Shown piece by piece: positions 13,501 through 25,500 of a stretch of DNA of 64,000 nucleotides. Position 1 is the first letter of the stretch; each line of letters begins with the position of its first letter. A model generated the notes under the pieces. It saw only the letters and a program-made list of their open reading frames with translations, did not search any database and had not been told where the DNA came from. The translations under genes and the position numbers were made by a program. Origin of the DNA: Raillietiella orientalis (Eukaryota). The DNA lies in the NCBI GenBank assembly GCA_036172245.1, contig JAYWIR010000019.1, positions 248,001-312,000 of the forward strand, read 5' to 3'.

Positions 13501-16500
13501 CCCTCCCTCTGCACCACCGTACGATTTCACGCTTTCCTCTTCGCGGGCCGCAAGAAGTAAACAAAGAGCAGATAAAATGAAATGAGCTGGAAGCAGCGAG
13601 TCTTCCGTGGCCCATGAATAAAACATCTGGACCACAAGGGAGACGGGCATCAGGTCTGAAACCACACATTTTATTACATCATCCGATCAACAGAGCCGAT
13701 TCCCGCTAGTGCCATAGCCTATCCCTAATCCCCACTGAGTGAGGAGGACAGAAATAAATTCGAAGGAGATAAAAAAACAAGAGAGAGCGGATGTATCGCT
13801 CAGCGCTTCCAATGGAACGTTAAAAAAGTCCACAGGAAGGCTGGACCGCGTCGGCGGCCGTTCGGTCGCGGTTCCCACAAGGCGTGGCGCCCAGGCGCTG
13901 AGCGCTCGAATCCCCACGTGGAGGATCGACTCCGAGATTGTTGCCGGTCCCTGCCCTCATTGGCGACTCACCTTCAATTGAGGTGCGTCGTGGGGCTCGA
14001 GCCCTTCCTCCCCCTCACCAGGAGGGCGGGATGACGCCGGCTGGCCTATTCTCGGATGCGACGGCACTTGTGGGAGCCGGAAACTTCCCGGATGCTCCCA
14101 TTGACCGGCCGGGATCGGAGATCGGCCCTACAGGGTCCTTCCGGGAGCTTCAGAGTTCCCTTCTGACTGTGAAAATAAGGCCATTTCCCCCCCACCCAAC
14201 AAGAGGGACCCTCCATCGCGTACCACGTTGAGGTTGATTGCTGCCTCTCCATAGTGTCAAGAAGTGCACTGCTCCCTTCGGCGTTCGCCGCTCGGAAAAA
14301 CTGGGAAGCGTTCCTTCAGGGTTCTCTTCAGAGGAGGAAACCAGGAGTGGATGCTTTTCGAGGGGCCCTTCCGGAGAAAATGATGAAGAGTTTCCTTTTA
14401 AGGGACCCCTCTGGAGACAATCAGAGCGACGCTTACCTTTGGGGTTCCCTTCGGAGACAACCAGGGCGACGGTGAGCTTCGGTGTTCCCTCCCAAGCGTA
14501 AGAGAAACGGACTCCGGAGCCTTCCTGGATCCACAGGGTGGTCCCTTCGGGGTTATCTTCTAAATTAAAGAGTTAGCACGCACGCTCGGGTGGCACGAGC
14601 GACGTCGCAGAGCTTTGTGAGCGCCTCCTGAGGGAGAGAACGATTCTTCAGCGTTCAGCGAACCAAAAGAAAAGAGAAAAGCTAGAAGGAAAACAGCAAA
14701 AACAGAATCCAACATTGCTTTTACGAGACCACTTGATGCAGGCTGGTTCCTCTGAACCACTTTTTCCGCGAATGGAAAGAAATTCGTCTTTCTTCCCACA
14801 TCATGCGAGTCCGCGCTCTTCGTTCATAGTCCAGGGAACCCGTGAGGATCTCTTGTGCAGCATTTCATCACCCCTTCCCTCCTCAAACAGTGACGCGAGG
14901 TAGAAGGAACTTGCAGCTGCCCAGGCCAAACGCTTTTCGTCCCGTTCGTTTGGCCGAGCCACCAGGCAAAGGCAGCTCTATGGAGCTCACTTGAAGCTCG
15001 GGAGTCATCGGTGACGGCCATGGATGCTTTCCTGGACAGTGTGATCGGTCAGCTCCCTAGGCGCACCTCTCGGCTGACCGTCACAGTGTGGTCGTGCGCT
15101 TGCTGCGACGCGACAGGCAGCCCTCTTCCACAGAGCCACTCTCAGTCATGTTGCTTGTGATCGGGAAGGTGGTCACCTTCCCGGTCGGCACGGGCTTGGC
15201 TCGAAACTGCCTGAGTCCGGGTGCTCCAACATTTCGCAAACGCAGATCTCTTCCTCCTCTTCTTGTTTCCCCTTCGTGATGTTTTCCAGCGGTTTCTACC
15301 ATACTTCTTCCACCTATTCTCGAATTGCTACTGCTTTTCCTGCTGACCTGGAGGTCGCCAGCGCCTTCCTGCACTCATCACGCGCCTCTTCCGAGCAGTT
15401 TTCCGCATCAGGAAGCTCTCCTGAGGAAGATGGTTGCTCCAGGAGGGTCACCTCTCCGGCAAGCGTTCAGTCCTGGAAAAAGAACAGCTGCAAAGTGAGA
15501 CCATCGGAAGTGCGAGCAGACACACTCGGTCTGGTTTGAAAGCAGAAGCGGAGAATCCCTTTCGCTCCAGAGGAAACGGTCACGTGACAAAGCAAGTCCC
15601 TGCTGCTTGAGGCACCACGACCTTGAGAAGGTCTCGGCGGCTGGTCCGTCCGTCTCCGTTGGAGAGTTTGTTCATCCGCATGGCTTTTACCACGGTCCGT
15701 TGCTCTCTTCGAGCGCCTTCCCAACTCGGACTTTCCTATGTAGATGGCAAGAAGCTTCGTCCTGCATCTCCAGGTTCCGAGCCCATGAAACCTGTCGGGC
15801 TTTGCCTCCGATGCATCTGGTGGGGATGGCGTTCTGGTTTCGAGACGGGCATGAGCAAGAGGATTCCTCTAGCTCGCTCCGATTCCGAAGACCGAGCGTG
15901 CTCATCAGTTTGAGCAGTTTCCAGGTCACATTTCCGAGATCGAATGCGATGCTTCGTCACTGATGCCTACCTCGCATCTCTCAAAGGCATTGCTTACTCA
16001 AAAGAATTTTGATTCTCAAGAGTGGCCCCCGGTCTCAAATTGGTAGATCAATTAGACCTCACAAAAATGAAGAGTTCCTCGCTCTTTGAACACACGCTCA
16101 CGAGTCTCACGTCACTCAATTCCTTTTCCATCGCCTTTCCTGTTCTCCTTGCCTTGTTTGCTTTCTCTCCTTGTCCATCGTCTGATCTTTTCCTTAAAGG
16201 CATTGCTCACTCACAAGAATTTTGGTTCTCAAAAGTGGCCCTCAGTTTCAAATTGGTACCTCACGAAAATGAAGGGTTCCTCGCTCTCTGAACACAGACT
16301 CTAGAATCTCGAGTCACTTGGACAGAAAAGGTTCCGTGTCCTTAAGGATCCAAGGCTCAGAGATGCCGGTACGTCTCATGGATTCTGATTCTCGGCGCTC
16401 GATGCTCTTCTTTGCTCTCAGCTGCTCTTCTGATGAGTGTTCCACCTTCCGTGCAGTTCCTGTGCTTTTTTCATGATCATCTTGAAACTCAACTTGATGA

Positions 16501-19500
16501 GATGCCTTGTTGAGATGCTCCGTGTAGCCGTGCACACTCCCCTGATGCAACCGATCCCGTTTCTCGGTGCCCAAGTTGGCTGAAGGAACCCAGTCGGGGC
16601 GTCCTGCTTTGCGCTGAATAACTGTTAGCTGGCCGACCGTCAGAACCAATCCCACTCTCCGAAAGTTTCCATTATCCTTCCACTCTGCGCTCCTTTTCGG
16701 GCTATCTTGGCTGCCATCAGTGATGACTTTGGCGGTTTCAGGACGCGAGCCCACTGCGAAGAGCACACGTGGATCCAACCACGGATCTCAGGAGTGCTTC
16801 CTTGAAGCCTTCAGTAATTTGAGCTTCTCCCACGGTCACAGAAATGACCGTTTCTACCGAAACGAGGGAACGTCGCCGTAAAACCCTCGCGCGACGGGAA
16901 GGAGGGAAAACATTAGAGCCGCGAACCTTTCCCTTTTCCGCTCAAGAACCTGGGTTTCATCTCCGCATGATTGACTCCGGGTCAACCAGAGGTCGCAGAG
17001 AATTTCAAGAACAATGGTGCTCTGCAAGAGCTGGAGATTCGAAGAGCGCTCAAGAGAGCCTGGTGAGCAGCACTGCAGTGTGGGATGGCGGTCGAGCATC
17101 CCACACTGCAGAAAGGGGAGAGGGAGGAGGTGGGGTCAGCTAAACGCGAAGGTTGGGACTCTCTTCGAGCGACAGAGAGCAGTTTCCTCGTAGGAGGGAG
17201 GGCAGGGGGGAAGGTCACTAACCTTTGGGTCAGCTCGACAACGCAAATCAGGCAAGCGGGACCTGACCCAGTGGCGGGAGACCTTCCGGTGATGAGCAGG
17301 GAGACACAGGTTCGAATCTTGGTGGCGCAGCCGCGCGAAAAATCCTCTCAATTCGTGCAGGACAGAGAGTTCGAGAGAGGGTGAATGCGGGCTCGAATCC
17401 GCAAGGGCATCGCGGATTCCTGCCTCACCCCAGCAGGGGAACTTGGTCCACGAAGAAGAGCCTATTCTTGAGAGCACGTCATTGAGTGTCTGTGCAGGCC
17501 GTCCTTCTGACGCCAGGATCAGTCGAGACAGTCGTGTTCGCCTCGAAATCCTCCAGGATAATTCCTGCAGGATCCTACCCCCGTGAGGAGGAGCGTTCAA
17601 ATAGGATTCAGGACGGGTTCTTGTTCCAGAAGTCCATCCCGACCGAGAAGCCAAGGGGGGTGCTCGGCTGCGACCATGGGCGGCGCATAAGGGGGTCTCT
17701 TAGGGGCTTCCTAGGCGTGCAGGTCGATACTATGTGAACGAAAGTCGGGGGCAACCCGGAATGGGGCGAGCGTCAAGAGAAGTCTGCCTTCTCGAAGCTT
17801 CCCTGCACCATCCGAGCCCACCTTGGTCCCGCTTCTTTGCGAGCCTTCCGGTCAGGTGGACATCCGCGCATGTGACCCGCGTCCTTCTCCCAATGGCGAC
17901 ATCGGAGGGCAGTCGCCTTCCGCAGGGAGGAACGCTCTGCTCCCGCCCTCTCCGCTTCTGAGCAAGCATGCCGCCCTTCTCAGCTTTGGATTGCATCCAC
18001 TCAGAGTTGATCTCAGGGAGACCGACGTAGCTTCACGAGACGACACGCCCTGCAGGAGATCTGCAGCCCACCTGAGGCACAAGCCGTCGTTTTACCACCC
18101 AAGGTCCAGCGCCCCTCTCTACGTCCTGCGGACCCTCCCGTCCTCCGCGCGTTCTTCCCTCTCTTCCCCGTCTCGTCTCCTGGTGCCACTTCATTTGACC
18201 GCTAGAAGCCAGGAGCTCGGTCAGGACCCTCGGATTCGGAGGCAGAGGCGACCTGCAGCTTGCATGTCGCTCTCGGACCAACCGCCTGCATCCGTGAGGA
18301 GCCGAATTCTCCGCGGGAGCTGCGTCGTGCGTGCAACCAGCGGATGCGCATGCGTGTAGCGTGAGGAGCCAGCGTCATCCCTTCCAGCGGGCGGCTTGCT
18401 TCGCGATCTTGGATCCCTGTCTCGCCACTTCCCTGCTTCCTGGTCCTCCACACTCCGCCGTGCCTTCGAGAACTGCTTGCAGGAGCCGGAGATTCCAAGA
18501 GCGTGTCCGAACCAGCACTGTGCGGCCTTCCGAGTGAAAGGTCACGCAGAATGAAACAGCCTTGGCAAGCTTCGCCATCTTCACGTGCTCTTGGTCCTGT
18601 CCATTTTACTGCCGTGTGCATCCTTTTTCCCTATCCATCCTTTTTCTCCGTCCACTTTCTCGTCATGTCCATCATCTTTTCTACCCATCGTCTTGCCCAG
18701 TTCACTTTTCTCCCTTGTCATTGTCTTTCCTGTCCTTCTTCCTGTCCTGCACGCTTCCTTTTCCTGCCCATCTTTGTTCCCTGTCCACTTTCCTTCTTCT
18801 CCATCGTATTGCCCTCTATATTTATTGTCCTTTCTTCATTTTTTTCTGTCCGCTGTCTTTGCCTATCCATCGCCTTTCCTCGTACGCCTTTATTCCTGTC
18901 CATCACCTTTCCCTGCCCACTTTATCGTCTTTTACTCATTTTTCTCTGTTTCCCTGAATGCCTCCTTTCCCTGTCCACTTTCTTCCCTGCTGTCTTTTTG
19001 CCTTGTTTTCTCTCCTTGTCCATCTCGTCGTCTTGTCCTCTTTCTCGATCTGTCTTCCTGCCTCGTATCTACAAGGTCGGGAGGCTCGATTCCCACGAAA
19101 CGTTCGCACGGTTTGGTGCCACTCTTTTTGTTGGGAGTCGGTGTTCCTGGAAATCCCTTCGTGGGGAGGGTGTCCCGATCCGTGGGTCTGGCAGATGTAA
19201 CGGCCATATTGGATGGAAGCTCTAAGGCGTCTCATTTTGTCGGAGTACGGCCATGGGACCAACAGGTCTTGCGCTGCCCAATCGTTTTGAGGGCCCACGA
19301 CCCCAGGACTGTGCTCGTCGGCTGGACGTCCTTCGCTTGCGCCCTTCATGAGCCCTTCATGAGCTTGGTATCCATGGTTTCCGGGGTGCTGTTGGGTGCT
19401 CTCGAGAAGGCTGGAATCGTCCGGGATGACCCTTCTTCTTCCTTCTGAGCATCTGGGCGGACACCAGCGTGGTCAGGTTTAGCCGCAAGGCGTTTCGACT

Positions 19501-22500
19501 AACGCGCAACCCCGAAAGTCAAGCTAGGAGGATCTTCAGATCTCGGTCCGGGGCAGCAGCTTGCCTTGCGGCACAAAACAGCCTCCTTTTTTCCATCGGG
19601 AGCGAGCAGCACCACGTCGTTTCAGGCCAAAGGTCATCGAGAGACGCACGTGCCCTCGGGCAAGAATCCTTCCTCTTTCGAAACTCGTACTTGTGCCTCC
19701 GGTCGACTCGCGAATCTTAGAGCGCGGCGGCTGCCCTCCTGACGTCTCCCAGGGCGACTCGCCGGTCTCAGGAAATGGATGGCACCAAAAGCTGGCGCCG
19801 GGCCAGGCAAGCTCTCCGTGGATGCTGCGCAGCGGGCGAGTGGACCGTTTTCCTGCCCTACCTCTTCCCTTGAACATCCTCCTTCGAATATCGTTCCCAT
19901 CATGGAACACCGTCCGGAGACGCTTGGAAACCTAAGAGCGGGTCCAGGACGTTTCCAAGCGTCTTCAGGAGACCGCGGGACGTTTCCTCTGCTAGTCATG
20001 CGCGGTGTCGCGGTCGTGTCAGCTTCGCGGAGAACACTGTCCCGGTCACGGCCTTCCTGAGGGCTTCGAGGAACTCCTGACGTCGCTAGCAACGGGAGCA
20101 TTGCCGGGGACGGCGGCAGCTGCATCGGCGGGGAGCTCGGAAGCTACGCTGCTCCCCCCGGAGGAGTGCCCGGAGATCGCACGGGGCTGCACTCTCGCGA
20201 GTTCGAGCCTCCAGGGAGCACAAGAAGGGGTCGAGGAGGTCGCTCTCGCCTAACGCGAGGGAGGAGGAGAAGATCCCTTCTTTTCCTCCCGTGAGACTTC
20301 CACTCCGGGAAAGTTTCGTTTCGGCATCCGGGAGCGAGGCTAGGATTCGCCTCCCTGACCCCCGCATCTCATCCCTGCGCTTCCTCCTCCCCCTCCCGCG
20401 CACCAGCGCGGTTCGCACTCTTGACTGGATGCTGGGAGAATGAGGGCTAGATCGCCGCAGCCGGATCCTGCTCGCATCTCTGATCCCTGCATCCTCGACC
20501 CTAGCATTCCTGACTCCGCATCGCATCCTTGCGCTTCCTTCTCCCCCCTCCGCGCACCAGTGTGGTTTGCACTTCTGGCCGGATGATTGTAAGATGTGGG
20601 CTGGAACGTCGCAGCCCACTCGCATCCGCGGCTCACGTGGGTGCTGGTCCTCTGCGGATCAATCGAGACGCCATTTTTTTTCCTTTTTTCCTTTTTTCTT
20701 GTCCTTCCAGCGAGCGAGCGGCCTCAAATCACAGAGTCCATCCCCAACGTGACGGTGCCACTGAACCGGGACGCGGTCCTGCCGTGCGTGGTCTACTCGC
20801 TGGGAAATCACAAGGTTGCACTCATTTTCTCCATCTCTCCTTCTTGTTGTTCGTTGGGCGGGCGGGCGCCGCCGTTGCCGTGGGGACAGCGCTCCGTCCT
20901 GCAGGATTGACGGGACGCGCGCGCGCCGAAGCGAGGAAGCGCGGCTCCCGAGGAACGGGAGAGCGGAGGAGGACACCGAAGCGGGCCGACCTTCCCGTGG
21001 CGCGTTTCCCCCCCCTCTGACTCCCAGGAGCCTGCGATCACCTCGCGTCTCCTAGGAGACCTCCGAGCGTGGGAACCCGGAATGAGATCCTCGCGACCGC
21101 ATAATGAGCGCCGGGCGACCTAATGAGGAGCGTCCGGCCTCGCCTGGCTCCTCCTGCGGGCGGCTGCTGCTGCCGGGGGATGCAGGCAACGCGCTTCCCC
21201 CTTTTCCTCCTCCGCTTCTCGCCCCATCCGAGGAGAAGAGTTGCGGCAGCTGGCGATAAATCAAATCGGTCCTGGCGAAAGATACCAACACTAAGTACCC
21301 TTCTAATTAATATCTCCCGTATCGGTCCCGGGATATGCAAAACTTCCCGAATTCGCGGCCGTCTGCGCATAACGAACAGATGGAATGCCTCTCCGGGAAT
21401 TCTGGGAGGACGGCTCTTCATTACTGATGAATTTATCCGGCCGCATTGGAGAGGCCGCGCGCGCGCGCGACGCTGTCAGGATCCGCTCCGAGATGGCAGC
21501 AGTGTGGCTCGGTCTTTTCCGTCGAGTCCCGGGTTGCCCAAGGGGACGAGACGAAGCGTGGAGAGGCACGCGTCTAGGGAGGGAGAAGGGGGGGGACGTC
21601 CTCCTGGAGGCGGGAGGGAGGCAAAGAGGATCTCGCACGCGGCGGCGGCTCCACAAAGGCTCGTCCCCGGGGGGACGGGCGAGCATCCCGCGCCGACCGC
21701 TGGAAGGCCTTCCTCCGCAGGGGGCTGCGGAACGAGATCAGCGGAGGGATACCGGGAGACGCATGCAGTATCTGCGGAGGGGAAGATCATAATTAAGCGG
21801 CGAGAGCACTCGATGTTCCCTCCACCTGCCCCCCGCCGCGTCCGGGATGATCGATAGCGGCTGACGCGAGAGGAGTAGATCGCCCTCTCAGCGAGCGGCG
21901 CGCGCAAGGGGGCGCCTCGACTTGCCTTTGTTTGCCCTAGACCGGGACTGGGCTGGAGCCATGGGTCACGACGGCGATGTCCGTGGGGCAAGAAGACTGT
22001 CCCATCTTTTCCTTCCTCCTCACTCGTCTGCTGCAAGCCTTTCTCCTTCCCAAAAGACCAGGAGCCGAAGCAGCCGCCCCTACGAGACCTGACCCGGAGG
22101 AGACCCGGGAAAGAAGGCGGGAGCAACGGAGGAGGGAGGAAGGGAAGACTCATAAAGACGAGACAGGGAAGAGAGGTTCCTTTCGCTTGTTTGCTGCCCA
22201 GCTTCCTGTTCCGAGGTCCATTTGACCCTCTGCGCCCGCTCTTCTACAGGGAGAGTGACTCCTCCGATGAGGATAGGGTGTGAGGGAGTGAGGGAATCCG
22301 TTTTCATGGATTCCCTCTTCTCTTTTCTCTCAGTGGAGGGCGAACGAATCTTCCTTCGATCATCGTTCCTCTCCCCGGTCCATCAACCATCCTGCGGGAG
22401 TCAGAGCACCCGTGGTCCATGACGACGACTCCATTCCCCCCACCCCAACTGAGAAAGGTTGATCGAATCCATCTTTCATCATCCGGCCTCGGAGCTGCGG

Positions 22501-25500
22501 CTGTACCAGAGCTTTCTCGGACACACTCACACAAGTCCCGGCAGTCTGCCTGGCAGCCGATCCCCAGGAGCAGGGAAATGGACAGGAATCCCTGGACTCC
22601 ATCCCTCCCGGTATGGCCGATCACAAAGGACGCTAAACCGCACGGCATCTCCGAGGATAGTGAGCTGCAGGCCATCGCGCGGACTCTTCGCCATCCTCGA
22701 AGAGGGGAGGTTCACTGCCACGGGCGCTCTGAGCGGGGGACGAGTCGCACCTTCGGCAACACGCGAGCCGCGACAGGACAAAGACGGACGATGGTGGCGT
22801 CCCCTCCGGGCCGTGGTTAGCGCGCTCGGTAGCCGCCTCGGCAGTGCCAGCGCACAACCGGTGGCGGAGGCCACGGCAATCAGAGTTGCGGGTAGGAGGG
22901 AGGGCGCGCGAGGAGGCTGGCGGCGGTCCGCGACGCGACCAGGGCGCATTGCCGGACGTGGAGCTGACGAGGGGCTCCGGACAACAGCGCACGCCGCGGC
23001 CTCTCGCGGGAACAGTGGAATAAAACGCTACAGAGAAAAAGTCTTCTCCAGCTGACCAACGACCACCGTTGGGCCCAACAGGAAACCCTGGAATTCCATC
23101 GGACAGTCCACCTGGCGCACCCACGTCCAGGATTCCCGAAATCGAAACACCGACTCAGGGAACGGAGTCGGGCGCTCCCGAGGAGCCGACGAGGCTCTAT
23201 GCAGCAGAAATCCTCCTCGCCGAAGACACCGAAAGCACAGCCTCCCAATGCACCCCACCCAACCTGTCCACCTCTCCTCATCAATCTGCTAGACCTAAGC
23301 CAATCTCGCCTCACCAATTCAACCTACTGACCTAACGTGGCCTACCTAAACCAGCCCATCTACCCTCACTTCCGTACCATAACCTGCCCATTCTAGGCCA
23401 TAACCTGACCTAACGTAAACTAACCTAACCTCACATAACCAACCCTATCTGCCTTGACCTAACCCAGACTACCTAGCCAACCTAGCGTATCTTACCTAGC
23501 CTCAACCCACCTCATACACCGTCCCTACCTAATGTCACATGACCTAACCTACCCTTCCTTGACCTAAATTAAGGGAGCTTCAAAATCCGCGAATCGAGTG
23601 GCGTCTCTTTCTCGGATAAAATGAACTAAGAGGAGTGTCGAGTCTGCTCTTTTCTTTTCTTTTCTCCTCTTTTCTTTTACCAATTCGAAGCAGAAAACGC
23701 TGCGGTTTGTTCGCCCTCCGAAGCGTCGCGAAGTCTGCTGTCTGGCTCTGAGGGAAGTCCCTCGGCGAGCATGCGGGACTTGCCGTGACGTCACGATGCG
23801 ATGGACGTTTCATTTATCCGTGGAGAAAATTTCCTCGTGTTCCGTTGCATCTTCTGTGCTTGGAAAGGCTGACTCCTGCATCTCCTTCAGATTATTTATT
23901 GCCTTTGGATCCAAATGCCTTCCGTCCCCGCTAGGAAAAGAGGAATGAAAGTCCCGTTGCCTAACGCCTTCCGTTCAGAATCGCGCGGCAGAGTCATCTC
24001 CCACCTGGGTTCGCGGCAACTCTTGCTCACGCACGGTGAGCAAGGTGGCTGCACGGGGTGAGCAGGATGCTGCACCAATTCAACAAAGACGCTCCACGCT
24101 TGGACCCGAAAATGGTTTCGCATGCTCTTGGGTGGATGGCAGGTCATCAGCGTCCGTCGTGCTTTACCTCCAGATTCCAGATGGACGCTCCTGGTTTCGT
24201 CTCTGCGCCTTCTTGGTCCAAGTTCACCTGAGGGATGGAACGACCGACGATCCAGGACGGTCCGCAGCTTATCAGAACGAAGAGGAAGGGTCGGCCTGAG
24301 CGGTTAGAACCAGAGTCACCGGAAGGACTTTCTTGCCAAAAACTTTTGCCGATGGGCTCTGAAATTTTGAAGGAAGAGCTGTTGGACTGAAGGATAAGGG
24401 CTGACTGGTGGTCATCGAGCGCCTTGAGGATTTGCGACGTCTCCTTGCTTTCATCACTGCTGCTCCACTAGCCATCTTGCTCGTTTGACAACTCTTTCTC
24501 ACTTCGTGATGATCCATTGCCGGGGCTGGGTCCCTGATCAGCGGGAACTCTTACGGAGGAACGTACCGAATGGCTCACTTCCTTCTAACTGTAATAGACT
24601 TTCCACGAGGTATGGAAGACCTTCTAGAATGCATGCACCAGTGGATCCGATGTTGACCAATGTCTCCACGGTCCATTGTGAGCGGTGCCAACCTCTGCCT
24701 GTGTTCCGGGAACGCGAAGACCTTCCGAATTCGTCTGCTTTTTCGCGTGTGTTCTACGCCCGAGAACGGTAGCATCAGATGGCAGTGCAGGGCGAAGGTG
24801 TTGAGGGTGTCGAGCGCAGCTCCGTAGGGTATTTTCTTCCTCATTCGAAATGTGGAACGGGAAGGCCCAACTAATGCTCGCTGCTCAGCGACCCAAACGA
24901 TTCGGGGGTTGACTGGCGATCACTTCATCCTTCGAGGAAGCCAGGAGAAGCCTTGGCCGAACCCACAAAAAGACATCCATCACTATAGTCTTGTCTTCCG
25001 CCGAGTCTAGCATGGACGACTAGGGTTGGTGTCTTGGTTTTGGCTGTTGGCTTTTCTCCCGCAGACACAGAGAACAGATTGGCTTCTAGTTTTCTCTACA
25101 AGGAGCCTAACCTCCTAGAAGCCGGCGGATGGGTCACTGTATGGCTGTGAGGATTGTCTCTTCTTCTGGTTCTTCTTCCTGTTCTGGTTCTTCTTGCTCT
25201 GATTCTTCTTTTTCTTCTGACATCACGATACTTCGGTAGAGCCTCATGCAGCTGCACCGCAGACTCTAAATACGGATGGGGTGAGCAGCAACGGATGCTG
25301 GGAAAGTTACGGAGAGGATGGCTGCCGAAGGAAGGAGCATTTGCTCCTCAGATTCGGATGCAGACTAGAGCCACTCCTGGAGCATCTCGGCCGTTGGGGA
25401 ACATCCGTGGCTCTAGGAGAGAGGGGAGACCGGGCGGCGCCTCCGGACCTCTGGACTTTGAGCATCCGTGGACACTCCCTCCAAGCGAGAGGACACCACA

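Noticed and set aside
18503..19448. Hydrophobic, membrane-protein-like ORFs
   Set aside because: Translation of the TGTCC pyrimidine satellite.
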